Translations under genes and position numbers: made by a program | Shown here: piece by piece, positions 55,785-64,000 of the stretch | Layout: every line of letters starts with the position of its first letter | Numbering within the stretch: position 1 is the first letter of the stretch | Notes under the pieces: generated by a model | What the model was told of the DNA's origin: nothing | Databases searched by the model: none | The model's input: only the letters and a program-made list of their open reading frames with translations | Origin: a virus | Lineage: Duplodnaviria > Caudoviricetes | IMG/VR virus record: IMGVR_UViG_3300037249_001368 | Coordinates: 1-64,000 of that record | Reading direction: 5' to 3' (one strand) | DNA length: 64,000 nt

Positions 55785-56189
55785 ATGAAACAGGAATTAA
55801 ATCAAGAAATGAGAGATAAAGTCATCGAGTTCGTGAACTTTATCATGGGTGCCGTGGTCAAGAATCAGGAAATTCATTGGGTCACAAACAACTCTCGCAC
55901 TCACAACGAAACCGACAATCTGAAGTGGAATCTGCTGGACTTCGTCGATACCATTACTGAGCAATACATCGGTGCCGTCGGTCGTGGCATCATCGGCAGT
56001 GGTGACATCAACGCCACCGTCATCGCAGCAAGCACTTGGGACGAACTCACCGACGAAATCAAAGAGCGCACCGTGGCTTTCAAGGATTACCTCAATCAAC
56101 AAAAATCTATCTACGGCGGCATGGTGTCAAGAATCGACGACTTCATCGGTCGCGTCCTTGTTAACATTTACAGAGAGGAGATGGATTAA
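55785..56189 (+). CDS. Ferritin/Dps-like four-helix protein
   Basis: EIHW...HNETD...DTITEQYIG. Confidence 0.6.
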   Translation: MKQELNQEMRDKVIEFVNFIMGAVVKNQEIHWVTNNSRTHNETDNLKWNLLDFVDTITEQYIGAVGRGIIGSGDINATVIAASTWDELTDEIKERTVAFKDYLNQQKSIYGGMVSRIDDFIGRVLVNIYREEMD

Positions 56190-56220
56190 CACGAACGTTT
56201 TGTAAAAATGTGAGTGTTGG
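56186..56220 (+). promoter_or_regulatory. Conserved tandem-GA hairpin
   Basis: TTAACAC-GAA-CGTTTT-GT-AAAAATG-TGA-GTGTTGG. Confidence 0.75.
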
Positions 56221-56254
56221 TTACCACACAACGTAAAATCAAATTTTTACCGAC

Positions 56255-56536
56255 ATGGAAACTTGGAAAGATTTAATCAAGAAATTTGAGGAGAACTTTA
56301 TGAAAGTAAGCAAACTCCTGTACATGGTTATTTGCAACCTTCTAACGGTTTTCTTCTTCAGTGCGACAAAGTCTATGTTTTGGGGTGTGATGATAACATT
56401 CGGGTTACTCCTCCTCAAAGAACTTGTATACGACTATCTGATACGGAAAGGTGAGATGAGCACTGTTGACATCACCGCTGGAACCATCGGTGTCTTCATT
56501 GGATGGCTTTCAACGGTACTGGTCTTAGCCTTTTGA
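56255..56536 (+). CDS. Small multi-pass membrane protein
   Basis: Three hydrophobic segments; KELVYD...DITAG motif. Confidence 0.7.
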   Translation: METWKDLIKKFEENFMKVSKLLYMVICNLLTVFFFSATKSMFWGVMITFGLLLLKELVYDYLIRKGEMSTVDITAGTIGVFIGWLSTVLVLAF

Positions 56537-56542
56537 CCAATT

Positions 56543-56576
56543 CCAGCACGAACGTCCGAAAGGATGCGAGTGCTGG
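56543..56576 (+). promoter_or_regulatory. Conserved tandem-GA hairpin
   Basis: CCAGCAC-GAA-CGTCC-GAAA-GGATG-CGA-GTGCTGG. Confidence 0.8.
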
Positions 56577-56863
56577 TCTCTTTTTCGCCATTCTTCGGCA
56601 CTAAGTGCCAGTTGTTAGTAGTTTTTCATTTGTACGTTTTTATTTGTTTATCGTAGTTTTTATTCTGCATCATTAGAGTAGTTTGTTTCAGTTTCATTTT
56701 GTTGTAATTGTTTACCATTCGTTTTTATTGTTCTTTTTCATATCGCTGCTTAGCAGCAATCCTTTCATTTGCATTTGACCAGCCAATTACAGATTGGCTG
56801 ACGTAAGTATTAATTGTTATTTTTTGAGTTAGTACATTGTCAGTCAACAGATGTCACCTTTCC

Positions 56864-56901
56864 AAGAAAAAGCCGTTCCCACAAGGAGCGGCTTTTCTTT
56901 T
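56864..56901 (+). terminator. Bidirectional intrinsic terminator
   Basis: AAGAAAAAGCCGTTCC-CACAA-GGAGCGGCTTTTCTTTT. Confidence 0.85.
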
Positions 56902-56941
56902 GTCACACCATAATTAATAAATACACCAAAGATAATAAACC

Positions 56942-57766
56942 ATGATTTCCGTAGTTGATGATAATCTTGAATTAAGTCCTGAAGACAGTGAGTTCATTCA
57001 ATATGTTTTGGATGATGTTACGATTGACGGACAGTTACCGTACAAAGTTCCAAAGCGGTCCATTGTGCGTCAGATAGTTGATTCTGCCAAGTTCTTCTAT
57101 AAGAACTACTGGCGTGCCAACATTTCCGACATTTGGGGTCTTATCAAAAAAGAGGACATAAAGAAGTTTCTCACCAACAACGGTTCTACTCCATTCCGTG
57201 AGGTGATTTCATATCACGTCACGCTCCCACCTAAGGTCAGAGTCGTTAGCCGTGTTTTTGACCGTGGAGACCAAATCAACACCGCGAAATATAATGGTGG
57301 CGGCAGTCTCTCAGAATCATTGAGTTGGAATACATCATATTATTCAACCACGAACGGTGGTAATCTTTTGTTTGGCATCGACAGACAGTTATATGTTCAG
57401 CAATCTGTTTGTCAGATAACCAACAACAATGTGTATGAATCATGTTGCTCGACGATGGTGGATTTCCATTTCAACCCTGTGACGAAAGACATGTTCATCA
57501 ATAAAGAATTAAAAACAGACCTCATCATAAATTATAAAGCAGACATCGACCTCAAATATCTTTATCAGGACGACCTCTTCAGAAGATATGTTCTCGCCAA
57601 GACAAGAGCAGTTCTTCGTAGACTCATCGGTTCTCATACCATTGATTTACCTGGCGGAGGTACCCTGAATGTGGACGAGGTTTGCAACACCGACGACATC
57701 GAAAAAGTCGAGGAAATAATCAACGGAGGTAAAGGAATAGGTGACATCATAATTCAACGTCAGTAA
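56942..57766 (+). CDS. Neck protein (T4 gp13-like)
   Basis: LFRRYVLA...DLPGGGTLN near the C-terminus. Confidence 0.7.
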   Translation: MISVVDDNLELSPEDSEFIQYVLDDVTIDGQLPYKVPKRSIVRQIVDSAKFFYKNYWRANISDIWGLIKKEDIKKFLTNNGSTPFREVISYHVTLPPKVRVVSRVFDRGDQINTAKYNGGGSLSESLSWNTSYYSTTNGGNLLFGIDRQLYVQQSVCQITNNNVYESCCSTMVDFHFNPVTKDMFINKELKTDLIINYKADIDLKYLYQDDLFRRYVLAKTRAVLRRLIGSHTIDLPGGGTLNVDEVCNTDDIEKVEEIINGGKGIGDIIIQRQ

Positions 57767-57779
57767 CAGAAACACGGAT

Positions 57780-58127
57780 ATGAACATCATAAAATACCAA
57801 TACGCGACCATCCAAGATGGCTTCATAAAAGTCATCAACAATCCTAAGAAGGAGATTGTTGAATACAACGAACATGATTTTTCTTTGATTGAAACACACC
57901 TCGCAATCATCGGTTGTGATTTCAAGCGTTCTGAGTACCCACACACAGGTTTGTACTTTTTCTCAGTCTGTTGCTGGTTGAACAAGAACAGTGATTACTT
58001 CACCAACATCAGGAAAGATTATTTAGGTATGTTTCACGTCACACTTACTTACAAGGGTGCCGAGATACTTAAAGTCGAGGGCACAGAACTCGAAAAATTG
58101 ATTGGATACGTCATCATAAACATTTGA
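57780..58127 (+). CDS. Hypothetical protein
   Basis: 115-aa ORF. Confidence 0.7.
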   Translation: MNIIKYQYATIQDGFIKVINNPKKEIVEYNEHDFSLIETHLAIIGCDFKRSEYPHTGLYFFSVCCWLNKNSDYFTNIRKDYLGMFHVTLTYKGAEILKVEGTELEKLIGYVIINI

Positions 58128-58131
58128 AGAT

Positions 58132-61100
58132 ATGACCGCGAAAACATCAGCCAACGTCTTAATCGAAAACATGGAGATATTGTATGAGAACATCTACAAT
58201 CTCCTAAAAGCGTTTCAGGAAGCAGCGTCAAACACGCTCGTAAATCCTGTTGTGGTTCTCAAAAACATAGACGGAACCACGAGGGAAGTCACAGTGACAT
58301 CATTCAGACAATTACAACAGGAAATGAACCGTTTGTCTAACAACTTTAATGCTCTGACAAACAGCAACAACCTGTCGTATATTCTCAACCCTGATGGCAC
58401 CGTCTCTCAATACCTCAAAACAACATTCATCAATGCCCAGTATCTTGATTTAGGTAACATTGAAATTGGTGATACATGCAAGGCTGATTTCGCGTCAAAC
58501 ATCCCCGATTTCATGTATCCACTTGTCAAGATACCTGTAACCATTTCATCGGAATTGGTTCATACGGATATCTACTGCCGGTCATTCCAAATCCGTGATG
58601 GATATGACATGATTCCTGAACAGTGTTCGTGGTTGGAACTCCAACAACTCATGAGCAATGGGACCGTGGTAGCTGATGATGAGATTGACCGTGTGCTTTC
58701 ACCTTACAGAGAACAGGTCAGGTATTTTGGGAAGTTCAACATCGAACAAGTTGAGACTACCCAAAATTCTAATATTTGGAATGTTACGCTCAATGATGTT
58801 CATTACACAGGTTTGAATGTCAACGGCAACAACATAGAATTAAAGGTTAATGATGAGTTGGTTACCACATCAGGAAATACCAGATTCTTGATTACTGATA
58901 TATCCATTTTCAACAACTATGTTGTTCTCCGTCGTATCGCTGGTGATGAAGCACCAACAGTTGGTATCAACAAATTGTTATTCAATCAGGTGATTGATGC
59001 CGAAAACTTTGTTGTTGGTATTCCTGTAAAACCGCAGCAAGACTTGGTTGTATTCTTATCCACGCAATCAAAATCAGCGATATCTTACCCGTCAGTTGGT
59101 ATCAAGATTTCGACTACGGATTACGAAGTTGATTACAACGGTCAAACATACACCATTGATGAGTTCTTCTCCAATTATGTCACCAATTTGGGTGAGTACC
59201 TGATGGGAATCGTGGATGAGAGTTCCGTTCCTTATTCACTGGGCATCAAACCAGCTAAACCAGAACTTCTCGGAAGCAACTTTAAGGTGGTGCAAATCAA
59301 CAAGCATCTTCTCAACGCTAAGTCGGTCGCCAACATCAATGAACTCAATGCCGAGAAAGCAAAGATTCAAAACAATATAGATTCCAAGAACAAGAAGATT
59401 GCTGAAATCAAAGCAAACATTCAAAGCAACCACTACAGCACGGTAGCCGAGAAACAAAACAAACAGGAATCTATCGAAAACATCCAAGCAGAGATTGAAA
59501 CCCTGAACGCTAACCTGCTTACAATCACCCGTCGTATTGAGAACGAGTCCATACAGAATAATACCACAGCTGTTAAAGCTAAATATAAGATTGTTGGTTT
59601 CTGGCATTTACAAGATGACTTATATTCTCCGTCAACTGGTATGCAGCATATCGTCAAATATGAAGTCCAGTACAGATATTTGAGTCAGAACTCAGATAAC
59701 ATCGAAAACACAACACTTGATATGGTTGACAATGGTACTCCTGTGAGTGTTACTTTCAGTGCATGGAATGTAGCAGACACAGCAGTACTGAATAAAACCA
59801 AGGCGGTTGACGGTTCAATCATTTGGGAGAATCCTCAAATCAACAGCACTGATGATTTGAATATCAATCAGTGCATGATTACAATCAACGAAAATGAGTC
59901 GGTTGAAATCAGAGTAAGAGCCATCTCAGAAGCAGGTTACCCAATCGCTCCTCTGAAATCAGAATGGAGCGATATCATTAGAGTTAACTTCCCTGATGAG
60001 TTCAAACAAAACAATATCAATACCATTGTTGAGAGTAACCAACTGGATTTGCGCAAGGCTGAAATGAACCAAATCTTGAAAGAGTACGGTGTCATCGAAC
60101 ACGTCCAAGACGAAATCCTCGAAAACGACGCCAAGTATTTCCACAAGGCAGCGAGCATTGCTTCAGGTTTCTACACTCAAGAAATGAAGAACATTCCTCT
60201 TGACACATTCCTGAAGAACTTACGTTCTGACATAGATGCGTTGCAAAACTCTCATGCAAATCCATTGACGGTTTCGGTGATTGACCCAGACAACAACGAG
60301 TTTGAAATGAGTAATGACCAAACTCTGAATGTCTTCGTTGGTAATTTCTCCGAGCAGTATGATGCCAAAGACTACAACAACTTTGGTAAAATCATCACCA
60401 AGAAACTTTACATCAAACTAAAAAACAATAACCAAGTCCCGATTGACATCAAATCGTTGCAGCCGAACGGAATAACCGAACTTGACGATTTATACAAGTA
60501 TGTACCAGTCGTGACCAACACAGGCTTCCATCAAGAAACTGGTCAAATCATTTATTTCAGGAAACTGAATCTGACCATGAACAGTTACTTTGAACTATAC
60601 AAGCCTTACGAAGTTCCCGAGTTGACTTTACCGCTTTATGGCAACATCAGTCAAAGATTGAATGTAGCTTTCCTCCTGAATGACGTCATAACTCAAGGTT
60701 ACGTAGATGTGAATGTTGTGAGCTTCGCAACCGCAACAGCCATGAACTTGGCGGCTCCCGAAGGAAATATCACCTACGATAATCTGTACAGAATAATGCA
60801 GTATTCTGATTTCATCACAGGTGAAAAACAATTACTCCTGAATGATGATTTATCATACAGATTCAGCAGACTTGGTTTCAGTAAGAGCGACGAATATGGT
60901 GCAGGTATCTACACTTGTGGTTCAATGCTTTACCCAATCTTCGGTGACCTGACCCGCTTCAAAGTTCGTGGCGAATCATCCACATCAGTTATGGTTCTCG
61001 AAGCAGGAAAAGAAATCCTGTTACCAATCATATTTGAATACAGGATGCTTGACACCTTCGGTCGTCCGTCAGGAACCGTCAACCCAACCGACATTGAATA

Positions 61101-61179
61101 CCGCAAGACACTTGGTGTAGCCCTGAACATCGGAAACAAACCGTTTAACTTCGACCTAAGCGTCTATGTGAAGTATTAG
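58132..61179 (+). CDS. Large virion structural protein with a coiled coil and an FN3-like segment
   Basis: YEVQYRY...VEIRVRAISEAG...SEWS. Confidence 0.7.
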   Translation: MTAKTSANVLIENMEILYENIYNLLKAFQEAASNTLVNPVVVLKNIDGTTREVTVTSFRQLQQEMNRLSNNFNALTNSNNLSYILNPDGTVSQYLKTTFINAQYLDLGNIEIGDTCKADFASNIPDFMYPLVKIPVTISSELVHTDIYCRSFQIRDGYDMIPEQCSWLELQQLMSNGTVVADDEIDRVLSPYREQVRYFGKFNIEQVETTQNSNIWNVTLNDVHYTGLNVNGNNIELKVNDELVTTSGNTRFLITDISIFNNYVVLRRIAGDEAPTVGINKLLFNQVIDAENFVVGIPVKPQQDLVVFLSTQSKSAISYPSVGIKISTTDYEVDYNGQTYTIDEFFSNYVTNLGEYLMGIVDESSVPYSLGIKPAKPELLGSNFKVVQINKHLLNAKSVANINELNAEKAKIQNNIDSKNKKIAEIKANIQSNHYSTVAEKQNKQESIENIQAEIETLNANLLTITRRIENESIQNNTTAVKAKYKIVGFWHLQDDLYSPSTGMQHIVKYEVQYRYLSQNSDNIENTTLDMVDNGTPVSVTFSAWNVADTAVLNKTKAVDGSIIWENPQINSTDDLNINQCMITINENESVEIRVRAISEAGYPIAPLKSEWSDIIRVNFPDEFKQNNINTIVESNQLDLRKAEMNQILKEYGVIEHVQDEILENDAKYFHKAASIASGFYTQEMKNIPLDTFLKNLRSDIDALQNSHANPLTVSVIDPDNNEFEMSNDQTLNVFVGNFSEQYDAKDYNNFGKIITKKLYIKLKNNNQVPIDIKSLQPNGITELDDLYKYVPVVTNTGFHQETGQIIYFRKLNLTMNSYFELYKPYEVPELTLPLYGNISQRLNVAFLLNDVITQGYVDVNVVSFATATAMNLAAPEGNITYDNLYRIMQYSDFITGEKQLLLNDDLSYRFSRLGFSKSDEYGAGIYTCGSMLYPIFGDLTRFKVRGESSTSVMVLEAGKEILLPIIFEYRMLDTFGRPSGTVNPTDIEYRKTLGVALNIGNKPFNFDLSVYVKY

Positions 61180-61207
61180 CGCGAACGTCCGAAGGATGTG
61201 AGCGCTA
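61177..61207 (+). promoter_or_regulatory. Conserved tandem-GA hairpin
   Basis: TAGCGC-GAA-CGTCC-GAA-GGATG-TGA-GCGCTA. Confidence 0.8.
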
Positions 61208-61249
61208 TGCGTTAGCAGACTTAATACATAGGTTACAAATACGTAATCT

Positions 61250-64000
61250 ATGGAAGGAATACAAAAATTTTCCCAAGGCAATCAGATATTTTCTGAAATA
61301 TACGACTCGAAGACTGGTGTATTAAACAAGGCTATACACCAGCTTTCGGGGCGTTATAAGGTTATTGTGTCATCCCGTAGCAACGGTTATCAGTTATACT
61401 TGGCTGATTACACTGGTTATAAGGTTGAACTGGACGTTACCAAGGATTTCATGTCACAGGTTTCGGAATTTCTGAAAACACCTACAACCATCGACGAAAA
61501 GAAAACACTGTACGGAGGCTACTCCGACAACAAGGCGTATTCATGGCATATCCCCATGTATATTTCGTCAGCTGACACTAATCTCCCCGAATTTTTCCTG
61601 ATTTTCAAAACTGACAACAAACGCAGTTCTGACATATACCCCGAAAGCCTTCCAAAGATTTTCAATTATTCAACGCCAATCGACGTTATTGATTTGAATA
61701 AGGTTTTCGTCACCAACATTTTCAAGACGATTCAGGAACTCAAATCTTCCGAAATGTATCTCGATTGTCCATTACAACTGTATTGGAGTGGTGACGACAA
61801 ACTGACATCAATCATTTTACATGGTTTTGATTATGACAAAGGGTGTGTTACCAAGAAGGAAATCAACATCAAGGAATACGTCCAAAACCGTATCAATAAA
61901 ACAAGGGAACAGGCGGTTGATAGTGATGGTTTGCCTGATGACACGTTCAAAAGCATTGAGAAAATCATCCGCAAGTTCCAAAACACTGTAAACAACACTG
62001 ATAAAACCGACGGAAGGGTGAATCAAAACGGCGTGGTGACTGCTAACAGAAACGCTCAACCGAATTACTCACTCACACTTGCAAGTCACCAATCAGGCGG
62101 CATCGCTCCTTCATCAGAAACAACCGACGCCTTTGACATAGACGAGAGAGTTGAATCAGTGCCAGAAGAGAACATTTCAGAGTATGACGACTTTGCTTTT
62201 TTCAATAATCTAATCCTTGAATTATTCGAGGAGAACCACCTGATTTTCCCAAGATTTATCAACATCGAGTTTGAATTTGATTATGAACGTCCTGCTGATT
62301 ATGTTTGTGATTTTCAAAACTTTTTCGGTTACTTCGCCAACATCACCGAAGATAAATTAGAACTCAGCAAACAGCTTAAGATTTACCGTCACAAACCGAA
62401 TACCGTTCCGATTGAGTTCAATGAGATAGACCCATTGAACCCTGCATCATACACCATTTCTCAGCGAAAAGAATTGGTAAATGTTTTGCATGTTCAAGAC
62501 ATTAAGGAACAAGATTATTTGGCTATTGTGAAGCCAAGTAGAATCACCACCAACGACAAGATTCTGATAATTTCTGATGACGAGGAAATCATTGAGTTTT
62601 ATATCGAGACTCAGAACATCAAACCAACTCGTTACGAAACCATGATTAACATCGGAAACAGGATTCAGTACCTGACGAATGATTACATCACGGTGGAAAC
62701 GACTCAGGACCTCCAATGGAGATTTAAGTGCTGCTCAGAATTTCATTTGAAGTTCATGACTGGAACACACCCCAGCCGTAATTATACCATCATTCAGGAA
62801 GCAGAAAACATAAATCTTAATGACGTTCAGTTGATTGATACGGGTGACTTGGAAAACCTGCCAAGAGACCTAACAATCAATGATGAAGAATACACCATTG
62901 TTAAAAGATTCGTGTATGACGGTCATCAGATATTAAGACTAGACCTTAATCCCCAATTACGATATCTGACAGAAGCCAAGGTTTATGATTGGTTCAGTGA
63001 GGAGATGTATTTCTTCTATCCAATCCCGTTCCTGAATAAGTTCAATGACATTCAAACACGAGAGCTTTTTAACGCAGCACTTTACGCTGAAGAAATCAAA
63101 GACGTTGTGCCAGTTTATGTTTCCACGGTACCATCACCATATCAGTACCGCAAACCCGAACAGATTGTCATTGATAATAATTCAGAATGTGTGTTTGTTT
63201 CTGGAAGCACCAATTTTGTGAACATTCACACACTGAATTATGATGACATTTTTGGTCGCAAGAATGGTTGTTTGGAGAAGTACCCATCTTATTTCCTAAT
63301 TAAAGGTCAGTGCCCTGAATATTTGATGTATGACTTCCGCTCATACAGATATTTTGAGAAAGAACCACAACTTCGTTCCACCCTAAAACGCATCAACGCC
63401 AACACTTGTGAATGTGTTTTCTTGGGAACAAAGTTCTCAACAGACATCAAATACGAAGGTTATAAACTTTGTGCCTACGTGGACCTCAAAGCCGAAGCAG
63501 AGCACGAGGGAGAGTATTACTGCATCATTGACAATGCCAAAAAACACATAGACATAGTCATAAACAAGCCGTTGGAGTTTACTGGAATCAACGCTATAGA
63601 TTTGTCGATATTCAAGAACATCAACAGCAGTTTTGTTTTCAGTGAAGAGCATCACGAAGTTTTCTCACAAACAGGGTTTAAGTTCTGTGACGAAATCACG
63701 AACCAAGAACTTATGTTGTCAGGATACCAATCGCGAATCGTCAACAACAAATTCCTCGTCCTGAGAAATAGAATGTATCAGGATACTTTCATGACCATGT
63801 ATGAGGAAGGAGGTGACATTCTTGGTCATTACTACGCCATACTACCAAAATCAGAAGCAGATGATACCGTTGGTTTGGTGTTTACAATCAAGTTCATAAA
63901 CCCATCCCAAATCCAAGACAATTCGTTTTTGTGTGATGATATCGAACTAAGAATCATGTACACGGTTTTGGAAGATTGGGAACCGACGGAAATCTTCCAC
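61250..64000 (+). CDS. Very large putative structural protein running off the window end
   Basis: ATG 61250 (MEGIQKFSQ...); the same frame is open at the window end (...EDWEPTEIFH). Only the two ends were translated by hand; absence from the track fits a missing stop. Confidence 0.75.
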   Translation, partial: MEGIQKFSQGNQIFSEIYDSKTGVLNKAIHQLSGRYKVIVSSRSNGYQLYLADYTGYKVELDVTKDFMSQVSEFLKTPTTIDEKKTLYGGYSDNKAYSWHIPMYISSADTNLPEFFLIFKTDNKRSSDIYPESLPKIFNYSTPIDVIDLNKVFVTNIFKTIQELKSSEMYLDCPLQLYWSGDDKLTSIILHGFDYDKGCVTKKEINIKEYVQNRINKTREQAVDSDGLPDDTFKSIEKIIRKFQNTVNNTDKTDGRVNQNGVVTANRNAQPNYSLTLASHQSGGIAPSSETTDAFDIDERVESVPEENISEYDDFAFFNNLILELFEENHLIFPRFINIEFEFDYERPADYVCDFQNFFGYFANITEDKLELSKQLKIYRHKPNTVPIEFNEIDPLNPASYTISQRKELVNVLHVQDIKEQDYLAIVKPSRITTNDKILIISDDEEIIEFYIETQNIKPTRYETMINIGNRIQYLTNDYITVETTQDLQWRFKCCSEFHLKFMTGTHPSRNYTIIQEAENINLNDVQLIDTGDLENLPRDLTINDEEYTIVKRFVYDGHQILRLDLNPQLRYLTEAKVYDWFSEEMYFFYPIPFLNKFNDIQTRELFNAALYAEEIKDVVPVYVSTVPSPYQYRKPEQIVIDNNSECVFVSGSTNFVNIHTLNYDDIFGRKNGCLEKYPSYFLIKGQCPEYLMYDFRSYRYFEKEPQLRSTLKRINANTCECVFLGTKFSTDIKYEGYKLCAYVDLKAEAEHEGEYYCIIDNAKKHIDIVINKPLEFTGINAIDLSIFKNINSSFVFSEEHHEVFSQTGFKFCDEITNQELMLSGYQSRIVNNKFLVLRNRMYQDTFMTMYEEGGDILGHYYAILPKSEADDTVGLVFTIKFINPSQIQDNSFLCDDIELRIMYTVLEDWEPTEIFH

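Noticed and set aside
1-64000. Stop-codon reassignment (TAG or TGA recoding, as in Lak and some crAss-like phages)
   Set aside because: Long conserved genes are intact in code 11, TAG and TGA both end plausible genes, and no suppressor tRNA is present in the window.

Overview
This window looks like 64 kb of a large T4-like/jumbo myophage read in standard code 11. The host is probably Bacteroidota: starts lack Shine-Dalgarno sequences and are A-rich, the tmRNA tag is Bacteroidota-like, and OmpA-like and SprT-like genes are present. All protein calls are by-eye motif recognition; no database search was run. Layout: a + strand early/middle block (1-16.6 kb) with a divergent 714-aa sigma70-like factor, three tRNAs, a circularly permuted two-piece tmRNA and a UvrD helicase. 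A - strand block (17-25.8 kb) carries a type IIA topoisomerase B subunit and the large terminase. A + strand structural block (25.9-64 kb) carries baseplate, neck and fibre genes, a RuvC-like nuclease, HD and GNAT enzymes, and a diversity-generating retroelement (DGR). Main signals: (1) 29 intergenic CCGGTGKG sites at 13.3-17.0 kb, organised into seven inverted modules with fixed 81-83 bp and ~30 bp spacings; (2) a minimal permuted tmRNA; (3) a 15-copy GMCTAA-N15-TGGTT promoter paired with a possibly virion-packaged sigma factor; (4) a DGR whose RT has lost its catalytic core in frame; (5) a co-varying tandem-GA hairpin family at late-gene junctions; (6) U-rich 3' UTRs complementary to translation start sites.
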